DNA of 64,000 nt from Roseibacillus sp. (lineage in GTDB: Bacteria > Verrucomicrobiota > Verrucomicrobiia > Verrucomicrobiales > Akkermansiaceae): the NCBI GenBank assembly GCA_051251855.1, contig JBPOGI010000002.1:224001-288000 (forward strand), read 5' to 3'. A model generated the notes under the pieces. The model worked only from the letters and a program-made list of their open reading frames with translations. It was not told the origin of the DNA and did no database searches. Made by a program: the position numbers and the translations under genes. Shown piece after piece: positions 7,677 to 17,644 of the stretch (the first letter of the stretch is position 1; every line of letters starts with the position of its first letter).

Positions 7677-10202
7677 TTAAGAGATCGAGATGTCGCCAGA
7701 ATCCGTAGAGATTTCTGCTGCATTTAGACGGTCAATTTCAGCTGAGATTCCGGCATAGAGTGGTAAAGTTTCCTCACAATCGACGCTAATAAGAAGGCTG
7801 TAGCGTATTCTTTTAAGGTGGCAGTTGTGATGCTCATGCTCTTCAGGAAATTTCCTTTTAGCCCACCATCCAACTACTGGAAAGACTCGGAGGTAATCCA
7901 TCTCTGAGAGTTGAGCGGCACTACCTTGCCAGATATCTTGCACGAGCGAGCAGGACTTGGCGCGAAGCTGGGGACCAAGGGCCCACCCTGAATCAGCTCC
8001 AGTGGGCGAGGCTCTAAAGTCATCAAGACTGCTATCCTTATGTTTCACTGCGAAGCGGAGCTGGGCTCCCGCATACTTGTATTTATCGCTCTTCTCCCAG
8101 GTTCTTGAGCCGGGATTTGGTTCGACAAACGTAGATAAAGTCACCCGAAGAGTCACCGTTGTATCAGGCGAAGCTTGTAAGACCTGTGCGGGCCACGGCA
8201 ATTTGATTAAGTGCGATTCGTGTAGTGTAGCTGCTCCTGCCTGCCCCTTGAAAGGTTGGAGGGATTGCTGGAACCGGAAGGTGACCTTGTTATCAAAACT
8301 CACGGATGCGCGGGTTGGATCAACCTGCCCATAGCCGAACGAGCGGAGCACGTTTTCGATTGCGTCCTTGCTTCCAGACCGATGAGGATCGATGGCTCCG
8401 CGTCCTAGCATTTCGTTCGTCCAGCGCCCGGAATGGACAATCAAACCCCTAATGCTTTCCTCCCAGAGATCCGGATAGCTTTGACACAGATGCGCACCAA
8501 CTCGGGCGGTGAGTGCTGTTGCTGCACTGGTAGCATTCATCGAGCAAAGAGGACGCAATGCAAATTGGGGCGAAGTACTGAGAGGATTGAGCGAGTCCCG
8601 TTGGAAAAGGTAACCAGCTTGTGAGCGAGCGAGATTTCCGCCTTCAGCTACAACGTCCGGCTTGATGGGCCAATGCGAACGCCATTGGTGGGAAGTGCGA
8701 CTGAAAGGGCATAATGCGCCAATACGGGCAACGGCTGCCGCTTGCTGCGATTCAGGGTCATTTTCTTCGATGAGAGAACGGCCACTGACTGCCCCAACAC
8801 TGATCGCGTTAACGGCTTGGGCGGGATCTTCCACTGGAGCTTCGTGCAGGGAGTCGGGATACCGATAGTTCTCGTCGAAAGAACGGCAGTTACCTGCCGA
8901 GACAATGATCACCCGCTTTGGATGGTCTTCTTCCTGACTACCTGACGCCAGAGCATCGATTGCGGCTGACCAAGCAGAGGGGCGTCCATCGTCATGGGGA
9001 GTTCCACGAGTGAGAGCCATGCAAAAGACGCGTGAGCGGGACGGTGAGGCGGATTCCGGCAAGTAGACGCCTTGTTGGGTAACAGCACCGTAGTTCTCTG
9101 GCTGATGTTCGGCACCTGTCGCGAGCAATTTGACCGACTCCAAGCGGTGAAGCTGGGACCAGGTTTCAGTCGAGAGCATGAGTCCTCGCAGATCCCCATA
9201 GGCAGCTAGCCCAGCCATCGGGGTGCCGTGTCCCTGCGCATCCGATAGGTCTGGACTCGGAAGAACAGTAAACATGTCTGAAGATGCTAAGAGAGGTTCG
9301 AGTAGGGGATGCGCTCGATTGACTCCGCTATCGATGAGGCAGACTGCAGCCGCGTCACTACCCGGCAACACGACACGCTCCAAGGCTTCATCAATCCATT
9401 CCTCTTGCTCAATGCCTGATAATTCGCTGAGTCCAATAGAGCAGGGTCTCGCATAGCGCATCTCAGAGAGGCTATTGAGGATTGCCAAAGAGTTCTCAAG
9501 TTGCTCGCGCCTAGCTTGAAAAACGAGGATAACGTGGTCGGGAAGGACGAGACGCTGATCTGAAAGTTCTATTTCCTTGTGCGCACACTGTTCACGGAAG
9601 AGCTCTTCCCATTCACCATCATTGCGCCGAATCCAGACTTCCCACCAGACTGGTTCTTCTTTCGGCGGAAGAGGCTCCGCATCCATCCACAGAGCCTCAA
9701 GGGCAGCAACTTGGATCGAGGAGATGTTTGCCAAAAGATCATTGTGGCTAGGACCTTTTGTTTTGTCCTGGGAGGGGTCTGAATAGGACGCGACCTTCTT
9801 CTCCAAAGTGGTTAGGCGGCCAAAGGGAACAAACAGGGCTATCTGGTCGATTGCTCCGGCAGAAGTGACCTTTTTCCTGACGTTTAGAACGGTGATACCC
9901 TTCTGTTTTTTTGTTGCGGCTTGCTCGAGACTCTTGAACTGAATCGGGTGGTCCGGTTCTGATTCGATATTAAGGATAAGTCCGAAATCGGAACCGAGAC
10001 CATTTTGGTTTTGCCATTCTAAGGTCGCTTTAAAAGTGTCGGCAACTTTTTCCAGTTCGCTCGTGAGTAGAGCGGCATGGCCGGTCCGATCCTGCCGCTC
10101 AAAAATCTTCTTTGTGCCCCGGCCATCGCCCGAATAGGGGATGTTCTCAGGGGTCGTGCGCAGGCTTAAGTGAGGAAGGGGCTGCGACAGATGTTCGGGC
10201 AT
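7677..10202 (-). CDS. ietS: S8 subtilisin-like serine protease of the IetAS system
   Basis: Catalytic motifs VCLIDSG, HGTPMAG, IIVSAGN, NATSAA; 841 aa; directly downstream of an AAA ATPase. Confidence 0.88.
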   Translation of the reverse strand: MPEHLSQPLPHLSLRTTPENIPYSGDGRGTKKIFERQDRTGHAALLTSELEKVADTFKATLEWQNQNGLGSDFGLILNIESEPDHPIQFKSLEQAATKKQKGITVLNVRKKVTSAGAIDQIALFVPFGRLTTLEKKVASYSDPSQDKTKGPSHNDLLANISSIQVAALEALWMDAEPLPPKEEPVWWEVWIRRNDGEWEELFREQCAHKEIELSDQRLVLPDHVILVFQARREQLENSLAILNSLSEMRYARPCSIGLSELSGIEQEEWIDEALERVVLPGSDAAAVCLIDSGVNRAHPLLEPLLASSDMFTVLPSPDLSDAQGHGTPMAGLAAYGDLRGLMLSTETWSQLHRLESVKLLATGAEHQPENYGAVTQQGVYLPESASPSRSRVFCMALTRGTPHDDGRPSAWSAAIDALASGSQEEDHPKRVIIVSAGNCRSFDENYRYPDSLHEAPVEDPAQAVNAISVGAVSGRSLIEENDPESQQAAAVARIGALCPFSRTSHQWRSHWPIKPDVVAEGGNLARSQAGYLFQRDSLNPLSTSPQFALRPLCSMNATSAATALTARVGAHLCQSYPDLWEESIRGLIVHSGRWTNEMLGRGAIDPHRSGSKDAIENVLRSFGYGQVDPTRASVSFDNKVTFRFQQSLQPFKGQAGAATLHESHLIKLPWPAQVLQASPDTTVTLRVTLSTFVEPNPGSRTWEKSDKYKYAGAQLRFAVKHKDSSLDDFRASPTGADSGWALGPQLRAKSCSLVQDIWQGSAAQLSEMDYLRVFPVVGWWAKRKFPEEHEHHNCHLKRIRYSLLISVDCEETLPLYAGISAEIDRLNAAEISTDSGDISIS

Positions 10203-10241
10203 GAGCGAGGGTGAATTTTAGAAGCGGTTCCTAGCACTACC

Positions 10242-11228
10242 TTAGTGATTGAGATGAACTCGGCGCTCTGCCAAAGCGGTGATGAGGGCTGCATTGGTAA
10301 TTTGCTCATGCTCGTTGATCAGCAGGTCTTTGATCACTTCTTCGCACGCGCGGGTGACTTCCGAGTAGCTAAGCTCAGCAGCGGCCTGATCTATTTTTTT
10401 CCAAAGGAGACGTTCTTTGTCGAAATTTCGGAGCAGACGTTTGATGACTTTCCTGACTTGAGCCGGGTCTGGTAGTCCAAACTCGATGAGATCGTCAAAG
10501 CGGCGAAAAAGCGCCTTATCGAGCTTCTCCCCGTAGTTGGAAGCAGCGATGATTAGGCTGTTGCCCTGGAGTTGCTCTATGAAGACAAGGAACGAATTGA
10601 GCACGCGTCTCATTTCCGCTACCTCGCCTCCCGCATCGCGAGTGTAGCCAATGCTATCAAACTCATCGAAGAGATAGACAGCCCGGGTGGACTCGATGGC
10701 CTCAAAGATGAGGCGAAGCTTGGAAAGAGATTCTCCAAGAAAGCGGCTGATTAGGGAATCCAGCCGGATGACAAAAAGCGGTAGGCCGAGTTCGCCTGCC
10801 AAAGCGCTGGCCGTGATCGTCTTGCCGCATCCGGGAGGGCCAGTGAAAAGGAGGCGTTGTCTCGGACGAAGATCGTTTTCCTTGAGAAGGCTGAGATTTT
10901 TCTGCTCGCGAAGGACGCGCTGAACCCGCTTTGCAAGGCTGTCCTCCAGAACAAGATCTGACAGTTTGACTGTTGCTGTAACCTGTTCAACAAGTTGGGC
11001 GACATCACCTTGAGGTTGCGCCACAGACACAATTCCACCTGAAATCTGAGGTCGAATGGCGGTTTCTTGCCTAGCCTGATCGACCAGTTTCCTCAGATCA
11101 TCAGCAAGTCGTTGATGCCCTTTCCGCGCTTCAGCGGCAGCGACCTGAAGTGCAACGGCATAGAACCTCTCGTCATTCCCATCGGAATGACTTTGGAGAA
11201 GGGACTTCAGTTGTGTTGAGTTGGCCAT
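10242..11228 (-). CDS. ietA: AAA ATPase of the IetAS system
   Basis: MANSTQLKSLL...FYAVALQVAAAEARKGH N-terminus, GPPGCGKT, VYLFDEFD, LDKALFRRFD. Likely start ATG 11228. Confidence 0.88.
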   Translation of the reverse strand: MANSTQLKSLLQSHSDGNDERFYAVALQVAAAEARKGHQRLADDLRKLVDQARQETAIRPQISGGIVSVAQPQGDVAQLVEQVTATVKLSDLVLEDSLAKRVQRVLREQKNLSLLKENDLRPRQRLLFTGPPGCGKTITASALAGELGLPLFVIRLDSLISRFLGESLSKLRLIFEAIESTRAVYLFDEFDSIGYTRDAGGEVAEMRRVLNSFLVFIEQLQGNSLIIAASNYGEKLDKALFRRFDDLIEFGLPDPAQVRKVIKRLLRNFDKERLLWKKIDQAAAELSYSEVTRACEEVIKDLLINEHEQITNAALITALAERRVHLNH

Positions 11229-11479
11229 GAAAAAACCGTGCCTAGCGCCGGTATTAAGGAGAAATTGACCGAGAATAGCGAGGGTCAAATATGTTCACGC
11301 CGGGGGCTTTTGTCTCGGGCACTTAGAAATTTTTTAAGGAGTTTTAGGTTTTTACCCGGCAGGAGACAGCCAATGGGGACGAAATCGATGAGGCGGACCT
11401 TGCTGGAACCATTGCCTCTAAAGTAGGATAGCGCTTGAAAGGGAGCATTTCGCCTTGGCCTTTCGACAACATAACGCCA

Positions 11480-12262
11480 ATGACTCGGTTGAAAAAATCT
11501 CCCCTTAAGAGAAGCCCTCGAAATAATGCCGGCGATTCTGTCGGCAAATATTTCGACGAAAGCTTCGACCGTCAGATACTGCCGTTACTTCTTTTTCCCG
11601 TGATTCTTCTGCTCTTTGCACTTTGGCATTGGTTGTTTTACAAGGGGCTTATCGGGGGGAGCCCTTGGATCACGACTGTGATTGCAGTTGGTTCAGCTGT
11701 AGTTTCCATCTTTCGGTTGAGGACTGTGACATCTCGGCTCAGAGCGATACGGCAGGGTCAACTGGGCGAGATGGCGGTGGGACAGTTTTTGGATGGTCTC
11801 CAAGCTGATGGCTACAAGGTGTTTCACGACATTCCCTGCGAAGGATTTAATATCGACCATGTCATTCTGGGAACGCGGGGTTTCTACACTGTAGAGACAA
11901 AGACGTTGAGCAAGCCGCAGTCGGGAAGCCCGCGAATTTGCGTGACCGAGGGAGGATTGACAATCGATGGAGGGCCCGTTTCTGCCGATCATCTGGTGCA
12001 GGCGAACTCGCAATCAGTCTGGCTTAGCAACAAGCTTGAAGAACTGACCGCCAAGCGCTGGTCAGTAAAACCAGTGCTGACGTTCCCGGGCTGGTTTATC
12101 GAACCCAACAAAACGAAAGCCTATCGAAACATCTGGGTCCTCGAGCCGAAAGCGATACCGAAGTTTCTCAAGCGCGAAGCTGAAACCCTACCATCCTCGG
12201 ACGTCAGTCTAGCGGCATCTTCTCTCAGCAGGTATATCCGTAGTGAGATTGAATTAGGCTAA
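11480..12262 (+). CDS. Membrane-anchored NERD-domain nuclease
   Basis: Two TM helices, then GQLGEMAV...VFHDI...NIDHVILG..G.YTVETK (NERD). Confidence 0.8.
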   Translation: MTRLKKSPLKRSPRNNAGDSVGKYFDESFDRQILPLLLFPVILLLFALWHWLFYKGLIGGSPWITTVIAVGSAVVSIFRLRTVTSRLRAIRQGQLGEMAVGQFLDGLQADGYKVFHDIPCEGFNIDHVILGTRGFYTVETKTLSKPQSGSPRICVTEGGLTIDGGPVSADHLVQANSQSVWLSNKLEELTAKRWSVKPVLTFPGWFIEPNKTKAYRNIWVLEPKAIPKFLKREAETLPSSDVSLAASSLSRYIRSEIELG

Positions 12263-12329
12263 AAATTCACCGAATTAGTATTCTTTTAGCAAATGGGGTG
12301 AATGCGTCTAGTGGCGTCACAGGTGAAGC

Positions 12330-13217
12330 TCAATTTTCCGCTGGTTTCGTGTTTTGCGCGTCGTCGCTGAGGGATGCCTTTTGAATTTCTAGCGCATCCA
12401 GCAAGCTTCCAATGCCGAGTAATAAGCTCGCGCGGTCTTCCTCTAGTTTGGAAATGTTAGACAGGTCCTCCTTTGAGAGCTTCTCAAGCACAAATTCTAA
12501 CTCGTGCATTGTCGCTTCAATGTTAGAACGTTCAGCTTGACGATCTTCCTCAATCGTCTGAAGAATTTTCAATTCTGGGACCTCGACTGTTGCTTTTAGA
12601 CTTTCATTCGAAATTGTGACGCTGTCAGATTTTGAGAAGGGGAGGATGAGCGAGATAATGAGACCAGCCATAGCGATCCGCGTGGCTATTTTCGAATTTC
12701 GTAGGTTGCGCTGGGCTCCGGCGATTTCTGCTTTATGTCGAATTTCTTCTTGAGACGCGAAATTTCTCTCTGCCAATTCTCGAAGTGACTGCGAGACCCA
12801 AAATTGTTTGCCCGCCAGTTTGTAAATCGAAGGTTTTACATCTTCCGCAACAAAATGACAGTCGATGTATTCTTCGTCTTGCCAGACAGTGCCGATGGCT
12901 GAGGGTTTGTATTTTCCTGCACCGAGGACCAATCGAGATTCTTCAAGATATTTAAAAAGCTCGACTACGGTTACGATGATTTTTGAGACTTCCCAATCCA
13001 GCTTTTTGATTTGATTTGTTCCAAAACTGGCTTTCTTGACCTTGACCACAACTTCGTGCTCCGATTTCAAATCGATGTAGCTGTCGAAGGACAGCAGGCC
13101 CTTATGAGTACCTTCCGCCAAGAGATTATTGAGAACTAAATATCCTCTTTTAGCGTCTATATCCAACATTCGCTGGATGATTTCTTTTTCGAGATCTGAG
13201 AAAAATCGTTGTTCCAT
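12330..13217 (-). CDS. Hypothetical single-TM protein with coiled C-terminus
   Basis: 295-aa ORF; hydrophobic IAMAGLIISLILPF segment; no family recognised. Confidence 0.7.
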   Translation of the reverse strand: MEQRFFSDLEKEIIQRMLDIDAKRGYLVLNNLLAEGTHKGLLSFDSYIDLKSEHEVVVKVKKASFGTNQIKKLDWEVSKIIVTVVELFKYLEESRLVLGAGKYKPSAIGTVWQDEEYIDCHFVAEDVKPSIYKLAGKQFWVSQSLRELAERNFASQEEIRHKAEIAGAQRNLRNSKIATRIAMAGLIISLILPFSKSDSVTISNESLKATVEVPELKILQTIEEDRQAERSNIEATMHELEFVLEKLSKEDLSNISKLEEDRASLLLGIGSLLDALEIQKASLSDDAQNTKPAEN

Positions 13218-13313
13218 AAGTTGTTCTTTAAAGGTTGATTACACGTCGCAGATTACCGTGCGACTTTATCTCTGCGGTGAGCTGGCTGTTCTCAGGTGTT
13301 TCTTCGGGCGACG

Positions 13314-15509
13314 TCAGTCGGAATCAGCCTGTTCGTCTTCTACCCGTGAACGAGCCTTATCAGAGAATTCTTGGGTCGCGAACAGAATTTGTTCAGAGTG
13401 CCCGAGGTTCAAGTAATGGAGAGCGTGGGGAAACGAAAAGTGGTGAGTGACGTAGTCGTTAAAATCCACTTCAGACCACTCAAGAGTCTTTTTCACAGCC
13501 TCCCTGAAAGAGGTGAACCAGTTCTTCGAGTAGACGGCAATCATTGCGGTTGTGGGGATTGAGATAAGATCATACTGTTCTTTAGTGATCAAATTTTCAT
13601 CTTTGAGCTGGAGCAGAAATTCGCTGACGTAGCTTGCTCGCATTTGTGAAGTGATGATTTTATTCAAGGATAGTGGCAGGCTATTATCCTTGCACCATTT
13701 CCTCGTAACCGATGTGAGTCGATAAAGTAGCCGTGCGACCATGATGCCAGCTAAGGTGCCGTGAATAGGCATTAGCGCTCCAAATACGGACTTGGCCCCC
13801 AAGGCCAAAAATCCATTTGCACTACTAGCATGGCTACGATCCGCAGGACAAGAATCGCAGCAACTCAGGAACACGATTGGAGGCATGATTACTTTTCCGC
13901 GAAGACTCCAAACATCGACCTTTTCAGAACCCAGGTAGATAGCTCCTACTTGTGATTCGTCATCGTGAGAACCATGACCATCAAAAATGAGGAACGGGGT
14001 TCTCGATTCGTTGCAGGCAGCTATAAACTGTTCTGTGTTTTCGACATCGACAAAGTCGACTTGCCAATCCCAGCCATCGAGTCGTGAGTAATCGTCGATG
14101 CAGTCTTTAAGGATATTTCGGAGGGGATCATTGGGCTTGAATGAGCGAATTACGGTAACGTGCTGGCGGCTTGATAAATCGAGGAAGTGTCGACTCGTCT
14201 TGCAGGCAAGAGCGAGATGTAGGTCTCCCGGAGTCGTGGGGATTTGGGTGACAAAGTGGCGGAGGCAAAGAGGGAGACCACGTTCTCTGATCAGTCCAAT
14301 CGGGAGATCGGCTACAATACGGATGGTCTGGTCTTCTCCGTCGAGAAAGCCAGGCGTTAGGAGGTCTGTCACACGCTCCAAAGCTAAGAAAAAGTGGTTG
14401 GCTAGCTTATTGATTTTGCGAGAGGAGAGTTGCAAGCCTGAGGTTCTTATCAGTTTTCCGAGAAGAACCAGTAGACCTCGGGTCTGATAGATCCTCCTTG
14501 GGAGCCTCAAGGATGGGCAGAAATTCCCCCAAGTTTGAAGTTCGACCGCTGAAGTATAAGTGAAAATCTCGTCCATCCACATTTTTGTTATAACGTGGAA
14601 GGTCGGATTGTTCTGAATATAACCAATTTCAGAAACGGCTATAGAATTACTGTAAGAATCTTGGTTCGAATGGTACCTGACGGCAGTTTTAATCTCCCTA
14701 AAATCATCGTCTCTAAAAAGGCTCTTCACTCTTTTTGATGATGAGAGGAAGTGTAGAACACCCGGGCAAGTAATGATCAAGTCAACCGTTTGCCTTTGGA
14801 GGTTCTCTGGGAAAAGGTCGTGAAGTCGGTCTCTTTCTTTCTTCAGGAGCAGAGCTGATTCGAGGATCGCGTCCAGATAGCACTGCTCTTCAGTAGAGCA
14901 AAGCGGGTTCGATTCGGAGAAAAAAACTCCCGAAAGTGTGAGGGGTAATTCATTCGGTAGAGTTACTCCATGCGAGCGTTCCGGGATATCAATAATTCTT
15001 GGCAGAGGTTCGGGGATTGGCTGGTCAAGAAGGGTGTCGATTATACGAGCCGCTTCCGAGTGTTCCTCCCGAATGGCTTCCGCGAAGTCACGCGTATAAC
15101 CGTCCAATAGCTGTTGACCGACGGAAAGATCTTCAGAAATTCTGACCAACTCAGCTGACTTCAAATGAAGAGTTGGGGACTTTATTGCAGATAAGGTCGA
15201 AGCTACACTCTCATCAATTTCCTCGGGACTAACAAAGATGAAGAGTGATTGTTCAAAACCGATTTTTAACTTTGAGATATCTCGCTCCATGAGAGGGAAG
15301 ATAATATGAGAGCAGTCTCCTAAAAGTTTGTGCTGGACAAGTTTTTCACGAGTTAAATTACGAGCGTGAAGGCTTGGGGGAAGCTTCAGAAGAATGTGCA
15401 GTGCAGGTCGCAGAAAAATAGACTGTGCAGTGTGACCCATAAAAAGGGAGGGGCCGGGCCCGTCGACGTTTGGGGTGACGAGTATAAATCGATAGGTGAA
15501 ATCCATCAC
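13314..15509 (-). CDS. CHAT (caspase-like) protease domain protein
   Basis: C-terminal FLIFDGHG (catalytic His) and IVFLSCCDS (catalytic Cys), then ANGFLALGAKSVFGALMPI; long unassigned N-terminal region. Confidence 0.75.
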   Translation of the reverse strand: MMDFTYRFILVTPNVDGPGPSLFMGHTAQSIFLRPALHILLKLPPSLHARNLTREKLVQHKLLGDCSHIIFPLMERDISKLKIGFEQSLFIFVSPEEIDESVASTLSAIKSPTLHLKSAELVRISEDLSVGQQLLDGYTRDFAEAIREEHSEAARIIDTLLDQPIPEPLPRIIDIPERSHGVTLPNELPLTLSGVFFSESNPLCSTEEQCYLDAILESALLLKKERDRLHDLFPENLQRQTVDLIITCPGVLHFLSSSKRVKSLFRDDDFREIKTAVRYHSNQDSYSNSIAVSEIGYIQNNPTFHVITKMWMDEIFTYTSAVELQTWGNFCPSLRLPRRIYQTRGLLVLLGKLIRTSGLQLSSRKINKLANHFFLALERVTDLLTPGFLDGEDQTIRIVADLPIGLIRERGLPLCLRHFVTQIPTTPGDLHLALACKTSRHFLDLSSRQHVTVIRSFKPNDPLRNILKDCIDDYSRLDGWDWQVDFVDVENTEQFIAACNESRTPFLIFDGHGSHDDESQVGAIYLGSEKVDVWSLRGKVIMPPIVFLSCCDSCPADRSHASSANGFLALGAKSVFGALMPIHGTLAGIMVARLLYRLTSVTRKWCKDNSLPLSLNKIITSQMRASYVSEFLLQLKDENLITKEQYDLISIPTTAMIAVYSKNWFTSFREAVKKTLEWSEVDFNDYVTHHFSFPHALHYLNLGHSEQILFATQEFSDKARSRVEDEQADSD

Positions 15510-15604
15510 TGATTAAAACGGCGAGAGCGCAGCATGAGAAGCATCGAGCAGGGCAGCTCGTATTGCTCAAATAGGTTTTACAGTTCCACTCGTTTTTAAA
15601 GCTA

Positions 15605-17446
15605 CTATTGTAATTTATGCCTGCCCTCGCTACTAAAAACGCAAATCCTCAAAGTCAACCACCAGAGGTAGACGATCTCTGGACGAAGAAAAAATTCCTC
15701 ATGAGAAATGAGGCCGTGTGCGAGTTCATTTCTGAGGTTGCCTCCAAATCGCTCAATGAGTAATCCTCTCAGGAGAAAGACCGCCTCTTCTCCAAACATC
15801 TCTTCAAGTTTCGGCTCCCACAGAAGGTCGTTGATATCTCGGTCCTTCTGCCCTCCCTTCTCGTCATATTTGGAAGTCTCAACATGGTCTTTCAGAACGT
15901 AGCGGATATTTGCCTCTAGCTGAGGAATAATGAGATGCGAGGCAACCAACCAATCTCCGTGTAAGCCAGCATAAATACCTCGTAAAAGAGTTGTCTCATG
16001 TCCTGGCATTACAAAAGGGTTATTCGCTACGAGGAATCCTAAGGAACGACACGAAAGGGGGTGGTCTGCTAGGATTTGAAGACGAGCTGGTTCTATAAGG
16101 GAACAAACCTCAAAAGGGAGTTGAAAGAGCCTGAAGAACTCCAACGCTTTCTTTCGGACCCTCTGTGCTGGTTCTTCTTGAGTGTAATCAGCGGATGCAA
16201 TGGTATCTGTCGTTTTTCCCTCGTAGTCTTTCTGTTCTACAACCATGGAGTCCATCAAGGAGGACCCGCTTTGCAGATTCGCAAGCTCGCCCATAGATGG
16301 GATATCTGCGATCTGAGCGAGCTTGTAGATCGCTTCATGAAATGAACTTCCTTCCAGATGTTGTCTAACCACTCGCTCCGCCTTTTCAGCACCCTTTCTG
16401 AAAGCAGGGTCGTCGAGGGGAGAGAATGAGAAATCGGTGTTACTGTGAGCCCCTTCGAAAACTTGTTTCTGAACCTTTCGAAAAGTCGCAAGAGCCTCGT
16501 CGACACGCTCTTTTGAAGCGCCAGCTCTTTTGAGGGCCCCCAGTGCTTGCTGGTAATATCCTTCTGCTGCAGGGAATCTTTCTTCACCCTTTGCGTATTC
16601 TGCTTCAGCTCTCTGGTGGAAGGTTTCCGCAGCCATAATTAGCGCCTCTTTTGTTGCGAGCTCATCTTTGGATCTTTGAGAGTAGGAGGCGCAGATGATC
16701 CAATAACGATGAGCACTTGCGTATTTTTCACGTGCCTCATTCTGCACAGCAATTTGTTTTGCTAAGTCCGCATATTCCTGAACCCTTTCGGTTTCAATCT
16801 TAAGGACGACCTCTAACAAGGAAGCTGTATAATCCTCGCTGTTCGGTTTTGTCTTATATGACTCAATCGAACTTGTAATGTGCTTATGAACTACTGACTT
16901 TTCTTCCTCGAAGCCTTTCCTGCTGGATAAGTCAACAGCTCTGCGCAAGCGCTGAGTAGCATGGGAATAGTCTTTCGTGGCTTCTAAGTTTTTAGCGGCC
17001 TCTACAAACGCTGGAACTGCGTTCTTAACCGCTCTAAAGTCCCTTTTTCTAAGCCATAAGATATCAGCAATTCTTGCCCGTAATTCCGGGTCACTAATCT
17101 CCGAGTAGGCTTCATGTAGAGCTGTCAGACTGTGTTCGTCAATGTCTTCATGTGAAAATGAGAGGTTGGTTCTTTTCCCGCCAGAAAAGCTCAGGTGAAT
17201 TGGTAGGTATGGTTCATCCTCAAAGTCATAGTTCGTTAGTAGGAGCGAGATTTCGTTCAGCAACCTGAGAGCGGCTACACCGACGGTGTCGTTTTTCTCG
17301 AACGCTTGTTTCAGTAGCGGCACGAATACCTCGTAGTAATCTTTACATTTCCTCCTTGGATCTTTTGAGAGTTCGTCCTGCCAAGGATAGGAAAAGAAGT
17401 CATCGGCAGAAATAGAGACCGCTTCAATTTTATTGGGTTCGCTCAT
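15605..17446 (-). CDS. DUF4209-type HEPN-domain protein
   Basis: ELRARIADILW, helical repeat region, HLIIPQLE and GGNLRNELAHG (RxxxxH). Likely start ATG 17446 (613 aa), since the longer ORF overlaps the divergent gene. Confidence 0.8.
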   Translation of the reverse strand: MSEPNKIEAVSISADDFFSYPWQDELSKDPRRKCKDYYEVFVPLLKQAFEKNDTVGVAALRLLNEISLLLTNYDFEDEPYLPIHLSFSGGKRTNLSFSHEDIDEHSLTALHEAYSEISDPELRARIADILWLRKRDFRAVKNAVPAFVEAAKNLEATKDYSHATQRLRRAVDLSSRKGFEEEKSVVHKHITSSIESYKTKPNSEDYTASLLEVVLKIETERVQEYADLAKQIAVQNEAREKYASAHRYWIICASYSQRSKDELATKEALIMAAETFHQRAEAEYAKGEERFPAAEGYYQQALGALKRAGASKERVDEALATFRKVQKQVFEGAHSNTDFSFSPLDDPAFRKGAEKAERVVRQHLEGSSFHEAIYKLAQIADIPSMGELANLQSGSSLMDSMVVEQKDYEGKTTDTIASADYTQEEPAQRVRKKALEFFRLFQLPFEVCSLIEPARLQILADHPLSCRSLGFLVANNPFVMPGHETTLLRGIYAGLHGDWLVASHLIIPQLEANIRYVLKDHVETSKYDEKGGQKDRDINDLLWEPKLEEMFGEEAVFLLRGLLIERFGGNLRNELAHGLISHEEFFLRPEIVYLWWLTLRICVFSSEGRHKLQ

Positions 17447-17644
17447 TTCTATTCTAATCTTAGAAATGCTTTTAGACCTGTGAGATTGGGAGTTCAAGGG
17501 GTAAGAACGGGCAGTCCTCATCGAAAGAACGTCCACAGCGATTGACGGGGAGGAGAGCAATAGTGCAAGTCTCTTTCCCAAAGTTCGTACGAAGGCTTGC
17601 GTAATTTGGTCCCCTACAAGCGCCAAGAGAGCAAATACAAAGCA

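Noticed and set aside
12330..13217. Gasdermin as the CHAT substrate
   Set aside because: The size fits, but there is no N-terminal Cys or gasdermin-like pattern and it has a classical TM helix.
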